64,000 nt of DNA from Antedon mediterranea (taxonomy: Eukaryota > Animalia > Echinodermata), in the NCBI RefSeq assembly GCF_964355755.1, contig NC_092679.1:5858201-5922200 (forward strand), in the 5' to 3' direction. A program made the translations under genes and the position numbers. The notes under the pieces were generated by a model. That model saw only the letters and a list, made by a program, of their open reading frames with translations. It was not told the DNA's origin and searched no databases. Shown here piece after piece: positions 11,501 to 21,307 of this stretch; within the stretch, counting starts at the first letter, position 1; the number at the start of each line of letters is the position of its first letter.

Positions 11501-14500
11501 AGTGAGGACGATCCTGAGGACGATCAAAGCATATTGATCGAAACGTCGAGAAACTCAACATTTCTTTTCAGAACTAATAATATACGTGGTGATTTCGTCA
11601 TGAAAACCTTCAAACAATATATTAAATCGACATTAATATTTAATTGAAGGTGGAATGATAGGTCACCAATGCAAAGAATTACAATTTCGATGTGTAAATG
11701 GGCAGTGTGTCTCTGAGTTTTTATGTGATAACAACCCTAACTGCACTGATCAAGAAGACAAGATCGATTGTTGTAAGTTGACATATCTTTTCCTCAAGTT
11801 ATATTACCGACAATAATTCAGACTTTTTTCTTCTATTTTTTAATCAAATTTATCTATACTTTATAATTAAAGGTAAGATGACATCTATTAAGTGCAATGA
11901 ATTCCAATTTCGATGTTCAGATGGCCAATGTGTTGCTGAAATTCATGTGTGTGATAACGATCCTGACTGCAGTGACGGATCAGATGAGATGAATTGCTGT
12001 AAGTTGACATGTTATGTGATTTGGTTTTAACCATTTAAACATCAAATCATGGCAGCCATATTATACTTATAGTCTAGAAGCAAATGGGGGTTTCCATGCG
12101 TCCCTGAGGTATACTTTTTAATGTGGTTTATAATCCCAATATGTCTATGAAATTATATTTGTATGACCTCTGGTTCGCTCTAGAAATGCGAAAATATGTA
12201 ATTTTTTTAAAGCAACATGGACGACTAAATGGGTCAAAAACAACCCCATGGGATACGATTTGAAAATGTTAACAACCTGATCTGGTTACTAGACATACTT
12301 ATAAAACTTATAAAAAAACACATTCAAAGAATATACCACAGGGGTGCATGGGAACCCCCATTTCCTCATTTATTTATTTTTTCATTTATTCATTCAGCAT
12401 CCATTCAACAATACATTTAAAATACATGTTGTGTTGCGTATTTATTGCTTAAGCATAACAAGATTGGAATATTAAAATTTATTAAAACCAAAGTGAATGG
12501 ATACAAGGACGACCCATAAAATCGACATGTCAATTTATTTCCAATGGGGTCCCTCTACTATTATAACTTTAGTGGTTGAAAATCTTACTAACACGCAGAA
12601 AAGACGATTACTTTTTTTTTTATGCGTCTTCATAGACGACCTATTCATCATACTTCATATTTATTTCTAAAATGATAGCATTACTGCATCACATACGAAT
12701 ATATTCATTACAGATATCAAAAGCACAGAAAATTATATTTCAACCCAGCAAATAACGTCACTCACTAGTTTGGAACCAACACATTATAATATCGAAAGCA
12801 TAGGAAAAACTACTAAGTCAATCAAAGAAAACACTACAGGTTTTGCCAATGGCACAGTCACACATTTAGAAGCAACTATCGATAATCTGGACAGAATAGG
12901 CCCAACAACGACTGGACATGGAGTATTCTTTACTCCATTGACTAAATCGCCTAACCAGCAAATAACGCCAATCACTAGTTTGGAACAAACAAATTATAAT
13001 CTCGAAAGTATAGGAAAAACAACTGCTGGTTATGCCAATGACACAGTCACACATTTAGAGGCAACTACCGATAACCTGGAGAGAATAGGCCCAACAACGA
13101 CTGGACCTGGAGTATTCTTTACTCCATTGACTGAATTGCCTAAAAGAAACACAGTCGACAGCATAACCACAAATGAAAGTAAGATGTTTGTCTGATTTAA
13201 TACGTATTCCACATGTTTCTTGTGAATCGAACCAACCAATATTTCAAGGGGGTGGGGGGAGGGGGTGGAAAGTGTTCGTATAACAAAAATGGTTGATGAA
13301 CGGTTATAATATTAATTGAACCAATATTTCAAATAATTAGGTAATCTGCAAATAAATTATACGTAAAAAATATATACAATTATAGTAAATCATCAAAACG
13401 TCATCCTTAACAAATCAAATGGCGTCACCAACTACTACCCAGCAAGTGTAATGTTCATCTTAAATGTTATCTAAGTGTAAATGCTTATTACGATTCATTC
13501 TTATGAATGTTAGATATTTTATCATTTTATAATTACTAAGTTCTTCTGTTTTTAGTTGAATATGAAGCTGAAACACCAGATTTCACTTCTATTGTTGTTG
13601 CCTCTAAAACGACCAGTGTCACGTTTTCGATCACTGCTCCACGTCATGGCACACAAGGTGGGTACGAACTCCGGTTTCTACTTTTTCTACCTCTACCTTT
13701 TTGTTTCACTTTCTTTTGCTTTTTTTCACTCCGTCAATTTGCTCTCTGAATTTTCCTTTAAGGTCTTTTCATTCATGATATGGAACAAGAGTATATAAAG
13801 TTTATTTTATGTTTACATTTTTGTTTGTTTTGGTTGTATTTACTATTACCTACTTTCGTAGAGGGACCATACAGACTTGTTGCAAAATTGATCGATGTAG
13901 AAGAAATTAAGGAATGGCAAACTATGTAAGTGTTCAAATAACTTGATAAAGCACCGGGACTGCACATAGGCATCTAGGCCTACATATACAAGCACCGGGA
14001 CTGCACATAGGCATCTAGGCCTACATATACAAGCACCGGGACTGCACATAGGCATCTAGGCCTACATATACGGGTTGTGAAAGAAAGTCTTATTCATGAG
14101 CCATAGCCTATGGTTGGGCTTAGCAAGATTACTTGGTGGCGCTGCACTGTAGCGACACGGCCTTTCCAATTGAATTGAATTGATTGAATTGAATGTATTT
14201 GAACCAGGCCCGAATATGGTACTTGATTTGATGCCGAATTCCAAATCATATTTCAAAGTAGTAGTAGTACCAAGTACAATTTCATCTTTCCTACAAATCA
14301 AACAATACAGTATTACTAAATATTACATATTCAAAAAAATGGTGATTGTGCCGAGAACCGGTATACAACTGGACATTTGATAACTGCATTTGCTTTAGTA
14401 GTAGGCCTATATATCGTTATTTTCAGAGAAGGAGAATTTCTACCAAGAGCCTCGGCTGCTGTGGACATCAATATTTACGACAAAGAGAACAAGACAATAA

Positions 14501-17500
14501 GTACTGAATGTGAGATTCTGTTTACCAATATTACGGTACGTTTTTAACCAGTTGGTTATTATACAAATGATTAATGTTTTGTATTCGTGTATGGTACAAA
14601 TAATGACATGAGGTGAATGATGAAATGTTATATATAAGGTTATCAACGAGGCTCAGTTGGTTATATATCAACTCGACTGTCGCCTCGTTGATATATAACC
14701 TTTCATCATTCACCAAATGCCATTATTTGTACCATTACACGAATATAAAACATTCATTATTTATTTTTTTTTTTTTTTGTCTTATGTAGGATCGACCCAC
14801 TTTTATTTCTTCATCAATAAAATGTTCGTTTACAATGCATTGCACATGAGTAATGTAATGATACAATACAATTGATATAAAATAACTTTCAGTACATCTG
14901 ATATCTCACTCCTACCATTGCATTTTATATATGATTATTATTTTATATAACATCTAAATAGATTCCTGTCATTTGAATCAAATAAAATGTAGGCCTAGCC
15001 AAGGCCTACATTTTGATTCACATTGATTAAACAGTAACATTTGATTTTTAATAATTATATTAAATATTATTATTTACATGGATTTTATAAATGCACCTAT
15101 TGTTAGTGTTAATTATGTCAACAAACAACCAAACAATCCTAGGCCTAGCAAGGCTAAAACCTTAAACCCCATCATTTCTGGTAAAATAGAAATTTTGACG
15201 GCAATCTTGAAAACACTTTCACATTAATCAAATAATTTTTTGTCTAATTATTAAGGAAGGAACTACAAATAATGTAACGGGTGTCCCAGTATGCCATTTT
15301 ACCGAGGATTATGGTCCAAATCAGAAGACGACGTAAGTTTCTATTATTTGCATATTTTAATGTCAGCAAATTGATTGTGTTTTACCACCAATATTTTCGG
15401 AAATAAAATAACATCAATAAATTAATTTTATTCATTTAGGTTATGGTCAACAAAAGGGTGTTTGACTTTATATCAGAACGATTACGTCATCAGTGATGTG
15501 ACGTGTAAATGCACTCATCTGACGTCATTTGTTGTTCTCGTGAAACCAAACCATGTAAGATTAAGTTATAATCCGTTACGAATTTTGTATAAATACACAA
15601 TTAATATTGTATTTTTTTTTATATTATTTTTATTTTTATTAAAGCACATCTATTCGTTTGTTTGGTTATTTAGACAAATGAGAAAAGAATGTTATCAGTG
15701 CTTACAAACATTGGAATTGGAATTTCCAGTTTGTTTCTTTTCCTAACACTTATTATAATAAGAATGGGGTAAGTTATTATGTAAGAAATGACACTAATTT
15801 AGAATACCGCGTAAACTACGGTAGTAATAATTAGCGCAACTAGCCAATTCTCAGTATATACTGTGTGTGTAGCTTAGCCCGGTTTTATAGACAAATTCTG
15901 CGACACGGCATCATGACTTCGATGATAAAGATAGCAGACAGAGGTAACAAGTATTAAACGTACATAATACTGTACACTTAAAACTGTATCTAAATGACTT
16001 GCGCTAGTCATTTAAGATGTATTTAGTTGAAGAATAAGGTGTCTTTTCTTTGTTATAGCCTATATCTGTAGTTCAATTTTTTATATTGCCTTGTGGTAAA
16101 ACTGTATGTGTAATTGGTACTGTGTGACTATCTTCCTCTATTATGGTTGTGAATCTTGGGTGTTATTGAGGCATGAAAGAAATCAACTCATTTGCTACAT
16201 CTTGCTACAGGATACTTGGCATTAAACCAAGTGACCGTGTCTCGAACACCATTGTATATTCCATGACAAACTTTGACCAACCCCTTCTCAACTGTGTAAG
16301 GAACGCCAGCTGAGATTCCTTGGGCACATTCTCAGTCTGAAGAGGAAGAGCCTGCAAGAACATACGCTCTCCACATACCAACTTATGGCAAAAGGCCTGG
16401 ACATCCTCGAACATCTTATTCAGCTTATGTTTAACGTGTTATAGGGTACGATGAAGGCATGATACAAGCTGAACAAATAGCCTCACTTGCCCAAGATTGA
16501 AGTGCTTGGAAAAGTGTAGTAATTGCCTGCTCCACAGCCAAAGGGTAGATAGATAGATAGATAGAATTGGTAATATAGCAAAACAACATTACATTTATAC
16601 TATCTTACAGGGAATTAAGGACATCTGACAGGTATAGAGTATTACAACATCTTGTGATCGCTTTACTTTTGGCAAATTTTTTTTTTTATTTCTTGAACCT
16701 AAAGGTAAGTTCTATTTATATATGTTTTTTTTATTTGTTTTCTAAGCAGTTTAATTTCATTATAAAAGTTCGTTGTGGGAGCTCATCATTGACTCTTTTT
16801 TTATTTTAAGAAAGTATAAAATCCATGTAGAACTCAAATGCGTAAATCTTCAAATAATGTGACAGTTTTTACGATATACGATAAAAGATGTTACCCTTTA
16901 TTATAGATTAAAAAGGTTGCGTGTGCTTTCCTTGCTGGAAGTCTTCACTACAGCTTGATGGTAGCGTTCTTTTGGATGTTGATTATGTCAACAGATATAT
17001 ACATAAAGATTAAACACTCATTTATGGATCATGAAAAACGATTTGTTTACTGTCGTTACATTGGTTGGATTGCACCCGGTATTGTTGTGTTGATTACTGC
17101 GTGCGCGACAAGAGAAAACTATGCGTCTGACGAGTAAGTATTTATTTTACACATTTAACGGGGATTGGGGAGGGAATAAGAACACTATATTTCAAAATTA
17201 AGTTAATTTTTTTTCTTTTTTTGTAGATGCTGGTTAAACACGGATTCTGGCGCAATATGGGTGTTCATTTCATGTGTCTGTATTACTATCTTGGTAAATA
17301 TTTTACAACATTGCTTGCAGCCAAAACTTAGAAAATGGTTAATCATTAGCACAAAAAACACGTAGCGCTGCGCAAAATGTTGCCATGTAATAAATGAAGG
17401 AGTGACTCAAACTCAAATTACTGATTTTTTTTGTAGATCGTTCTTATTCAGATGACTGTTGTCGGTTTTGTTATTTACAAAAAATCTCAACTACCAAATC

Positions 17501-18975
17501 AAAGTAGAAATGAATCAAACACACGCAAACGACTCGGGTAAATATTACACAGAATAGGAAGGGCAAGAGGGATGGGTTAGGCCTATATAGACGTGGAAGG
17601 ATCTAGACATGGGATTGGGTCTAGACGTGTATGTGTGACGGTCTTGACAAAGGGGCGAGTACAGATGAGGGATTTGGTCTAGACGTGAGATTAGGTCTAG
17701 ACGTGGGAATGGATCTAGACGTGGGATCGGATCTAGACGTGTGCGTGTGACAGTCTGGACAAATGGGCGAGTAAAGATAATGTATTTGGTATAGACGTGA
17801 GTTTGGGTCTAGACGAAGGATTGGATCTAGACGTGGCCGGGATTGGGTCTAGACATGTACGTGTGACGCCCTGGAAAAAGGGGCGAGTATACAGAGAAGG
17901 ATTGGGTTTAGACGAGGGATTGGATTTAGACGTGGGATTGGATCTAGACGTGGGATTTGGTATAGACGTGTACGTGTGACGGTATGGACAAAGGGGTGAG
18001 TACAGATGAAGTAGCCTATTTGGTCTAGACGTTCCTAGGCCCGTTATCCAGTACTAATCCAAAATGTCTCTATAAAAATATATTTTAAATACAGTACTGT
18101 AATATTATTTTTAAAATTGTCAGAACTATGTTACTCGGTTTACTATTGCTTACTCCAGTCGTTGGACTTACCTGGATTTTTGGGATTATTGTTATCTTTG
18201 ATGATTCAGAAATGATGCAATACATTTATGTTACAATGAATAGCATGCAGGGATTCTTCATATGGCTGTCACAGTGCTTCTTTAGCAATGAGGTGACCAA
18301 TTTTATTTGATTAATTTATCATTTAGAATGTAAACAAGAAAGTCAGATTGGCGGGAAAATGAATGTGTGTTATTTCGAACGTTTTCATTTCATTAAAAGT
18401 AGTTGCAACAATAAACCATGAATCTTACTATGAATAATTCTTGTAAAAATAATAAAATATCACGATATCAAAAAAAATCCGTCAATATTACATTACACTA
18501 ATTTAAAGGCCTATGTATATAATTTAATATACTTTTTTTATATATATTTTTTATTTAGGCCTATATGATTTAAACTTAGCTTTGGAATTTTGGTATATTA
18601 TATTTTAAGATGGTATAATCATTGCTTGTGAAACTGGGTGAGTGAGGAACACAGGCTTTAAGTCACACTGATTAGGTTCGCTTTTGTGTCCCATGCCAGC
18701 TCACTCAGTTGGTTCTATTGTTTTTTTTTTGTATGTCGTGTTCTTCATGTATTTTATATTTGGCAATAAAAGAATAAGAATAAAAAGGGGGACTACTTTC
18801 ACCCACGGCTAACCTTTCCAAACGTTGTTACTTTACACTGTAGGCAAGACGTGCAGTTAGAAAGAGTTTCAACAACAGAATAATAAATTCACATTTTTTA
18901 ACCAAGTTCTCCAACACCAGTACAAGTAAAAACTCGACGACCACTATCGAAATACAAGATATTGACGGGCGATAA
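5562..18975 (+). CDS. Adhesion GPCR with signal peptide, 6 LDL-receptor class A repeats, Thr-rich stalk, GAIN/GPS and 7TM (multi-exon)
   Basis: Phase-consistent exons: 5562-5616 ([18 protein letters not shown]); LDLa 6177-6290, 8972-9103, 9610-9726, 10420-10542, ~11650-11772, 11873-11998; Thr-rich 12714-13178; (possible ~13387-13445); 13556-13658, 13862-13925, 14427-14535, 15256-15332; GPS 15440-15554 (WSTKGC...CKCTHL|TSFVVLV); 7TM 15674-15768, 16611-16704, 16907-17133 ([11 protein letters not shown]...GWIAP), 17227-17293 (CWL), 17437-17537, 18124-18292 ([12 protein letters not shown]...NSMQGFFI); tail 18844-18975 ending TAA. Confidence 0.9.
6322..6720. repeat. Degenerate 15-20-bp tandem repeat (AAATCCAGTTTGCCG-like)
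   Basis: Repeated AATCCAGTTT(G/T)CCGA motifs in the intron after LDLa1. Confidence 0.85.
6806..7512 (-). mobile_element. 5'-truncated non-LTR retrotransposon 3' end (CR1/L2 group, Crack/Daphne-like)
   Basis: Minus ORF reads [33 protein letters not shown]...HTHQTR...[11 protein letters not shown]; the 3' UTR has a GAGGAGCCTA..TAGGCTCCTC hairpin and an (AAATG)n tail at ~6806-6840. Confidence 0.85.
7534..8514. repeat. 16-bp minisatellite TACTCATACATATTC(A/G), about 61 copies
   Basis: Read directly; the 16-aa periodicity of the spurious ORFs equals 3 x 16 nt. Confidence 0.98.
8726..8943 (-). mobile_element. tRNA-derived SINE (degenerate)
   Basis: Reverse complement begins TGGATAGCCGAGTGGTTAGG (A box)...GGGTTCAATTCTC (B box), then CCAGTCCACTCAGCTGTAAATGAGTACCTGG, and ends with a (CCTTTA)-like tail. 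Confidence 0.7.
9898..10045. mobile_element. PIF/Harbinger (Tourist-like) MITE family; other copies ~28180-28292, 37340-37420, 39579-39716, 45370-45469, 55899-56025, 63835-63922
   Basis: TIR AGCTCTGTCTACACTATCAAACT / AGTTTGATAGTGTAGACAGAGCT; matching TTA target duplication at the 39.6-kb copy and TAA at the 63.8-kb copy. Confidence 0.85.
10172..10450 (+). repeat. Seven ~37-43-bp tandem copies of the splice acceptor and first codons of LDLa exon 4
   Basis: Unit TATAG|(A/G)TTACCA(C/T)GAGTGCGATATATTTCATTTC; potential exon starts at 10179, 10216, 10253, 10296, 10339, 10380 and 10420. Confidence 0.9.
10800..11305 (-). mobile_element. Degenerate RTE-clade LINE fragment (RT C-terminal region)
   Basis: Minus ORF has [19 protein letters not shown]...R...[12 protein letters not shown]...[21 protein letters not shown], typical of RTE ORF ends. 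Confidence 0.8.
11438..11621. mobile_element. Penelope-like pseudo-LTR fragment in inverted arrangement, with hammerhead cores and a 13-bp flanking direct repeat
   Basis: Inverted arms 11443-11501 / 11512-11570; flanking TTAAATCGACATT at 11425-11437 and 11622-11634. Confidence 0.75.
11512..11550 (+). ncRNA. Minimal type I hammerhead ribozyme core
   Basis: CTGAGGA-C-GATCAA-agcata-TTGATC-GAAA-CG-TC: core boxes, 6-bp stem II and palindromic ACGT stem III; stem I is only ~2 bp. Confidence 0.65.
12082..12363. mobile_element. MITE-like element with imperfect ~30-bp inverted ends
   Basis: AAATGGGGGTTTCCATGCGTCCCTGAGGTAT ... ATACCACAGGGGTGCATGGGAACCCCCATTT. Confidence 0.65.
13949..14071. repeat. 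41-bp perfect tandem repeat x3
   Basis: GCACCGGGACTGCACATAGGCATCTAGGCCTACATATAC at 13951, 13992 and 14033. Confidence 0.97.
14570..14758. mobile_element. Foldback/palindromic MITE-like element
   Basis: AATGTTTTGTATTCGTGTATGGTACAAATAATG..GGTGAATGATGAAA is mirrored by TTTCATCATTCACC..CATTATTTGTACCATTACACGAATATAAAACATT. Confidence 0.75.
16120..16565 (+). mobile_element. Frameshifted RTE-clade LINE 3' end with (TAGA)n tail
   Basis: Manual translation across frameshifts gives YGCESWVL...[26 protein letters not shown]...[10 protein letters not shown]...EEPARTYAL...VIACSTAKG*, followed by (TAGA)n. Confidence 0.8.
17585..18032. repeat. Degenerate ~18-bp repeat (GGATTGGATCTAGACGTG) with a higher-order ~110-160-bp unit
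   Basis: Many TCTAGACGTG motifs punctuated by GTGTGACGG..TGGACAAAGGGGCGAGTA blocks. Confidence 0.85.
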
Positions 18976-20983
18976 ATATGATAATTGTATAATCAACATT
19001 GATAAGGTTTGACAAATAATGGATTTACCAGTAGTACACAAGGGCAACAAATGAAGTGAAGACATCATGTTCAAGAGGACAATAAACCCCGTCAGCCATG
19101 TTGTTTAATCATGCTAAAATTATTTAAGAACATATTGAACTTTTAGTATTTGAAATTTTGGTTCAGTAATTTGAAGATAAGGTTTATACACACATTATAC
19201 ACTTGTCTATATAGTTTAGTCAAGTTATGAACACCACATAAATTTGAGGTGCAGTTCATACTGAATAAGAATGGAAAATTAGAGTGCCTGGGACAACCTT
19301 CAGTAATCAAATACTGTATCTGCATCACTTTATAACATGTATGTCTTGCTATTTTCTCACATAGATGCTGTAATCAAATACCTAACTTTTTTATAATCTG
19401 TATGTTTTGCTAGCTTCCCACATAGATAATTAATCAAACCTGCATCACTCAATATTTGATCCGTGTTTTGCTATAGGAGAATTGATTGTTAATTGGTGTA
19501 TTAGTCTTTAATTATATTGTAATTTCTTGTAATGTATTATTGAAATGAAAGGAGATATGGGGCTTCAAAATAGCAAATGGCGGCCATTTTGAATTTATGC
19601 TAATTAGCCCACTTCCCAATGTCCGGTTTTGGTAAACTTGGATATGATGTTCATTTGGATCATATCAACCAGACAAAAAAAACTCTGTTGCAATTTGTTC
19701 TAGGTTACCCTATTTTTTACTTATCGATGGACTAAAAGAACTTTCAGCAAAAACAATTTGAAACTTATTATCGTAGTATAGTTATTATAATGATAATGAT
19801 ATATAAATTAATGTTTCGTACCCGCAGTTTGTAAATGTGTTTCGCATTAGCCTAATAAATCGCACTGTACAGCAACGCAAGAATCCGAGTCTGTCTTTAC
19901 GTTTCTTTTTAAATCATAACTTGTAGCTTGATTGGTACTGTACTACCGTTTTTTAGAATATAAATCTTATCTGAAATACTAATCGAAAATAAAAATCAGA
20001 AATGCAACTCTTTACAAATTATTTTATTCGTCGCTGATACGAAATCAGGAAATGACATAGGCCTATTGATCGATTTTGGATGAGTCATTCCATTGGAACC
20101 ACAACACGTATTGGCCATATTCATGCTCGATCAAAAGGCAGTAGGCCTAACGAGGTAAGTTCTAGTACAATAATATTGTAGTGATAATTACGGGGAACAA
20201 TACTTATGATAGGCTAGCTACATTAGCCAATAAATTAAAATATTATCATGGTCTCCTGATGGAGGTAGCTTTAGGTCTATAGTATACCACATTAATTTAT
20301 TTTTATTTAATCTATTTATTAGTCTATAGACAAGTTCTTTTGTCCATTCAAGTAATTCACAAAAATGTTAAATTCCCGTTTTTCATGTACTGCATATTAT
20401 TATAAGCACGAAGAAATTAACTAATAATTCATCCATATCATGATAAGCAAAGCATTGAAGCTCACTCATGCATATAAAGTACGTAGCGATAAGCATAGTA
20501 ACAGTAAACAACCAGTCTTACCTGGTGCTTAGCCGGCAGGCTGAATTGGTTTACGCCGATTAAACTCTCTTTCCTCCCGTGAAAGCTGTCAATTGCAATG
20601 ACAAACAATTTGATAATAGGCCTAGGATAGGTAAGCAATGTTATTATAAGAAATATTCTTAGTCTTCTCAGTACGTCTACGTCAACTGCAATCATTTACG
20701 TTGTTTTCTCGTTCTCTGTCTGGTATGTACTGAAACGCAATCAAGCAAGTGACACGTTGTTTTTATCAGGTGCCAAATTCCTTGCCAGACACCTTTTGTT
20801 AACATGTTGTGGGGTTTTTTTTGGGTGAAACAGCGTAGTTTTATTATTATGCACCTATTCAGGCCTTATAAAAAATGATATTAATGCTTTAAATAATCTT
20901 TATTTTGACATCAGAATAGACACTGATTTTGAAATGAAAAATACAAACTAAAAATTTAATTTACAGAAATTATTTCAATTATC

Positions 20984-21307
20984 AGTCGTGCATTCCTCCA
21001 CAACAAATGATTACCTGTTTTCTTTCATATTGATCAAGTCACTGTGATATGGGTTGCAGCTCAAGTCGTGCATTCCTCCACAACAAATGATTACCTGTTT
21101 TCTTTCATATTGATCAAGTCACTGTGATATGGGTTGCAGCTCAAGTCGTGCATTCCTCCACAACAAATGATTACCTGTTTTCTTTCATATTGATCAAGTC
21201 ACTGTGATATGGGTTGCAGCTCAAGTCGTGCATTCCTCCACAACAAATGATTACCTGTTTTCTTTCATATTGATCAAGTCACTGTGATATGGGTTGCGGC
21301 TCAAGTC
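20984..21307 (+). repeat. 80-bp tandem repeat x4 spanning the 5' UTR and start codon of the ARM-TIR-SAM gene
   Basis: ATGGGTTGC at 21049, 21129, 21209 and 21289; only the last continues into the long ORF. Confidence 0.97.

Noticed and set aside
16205-16414. Minus-strand 69-aa ORF
   Set aside because: Antisense of a decayed + strand RTE fragment.
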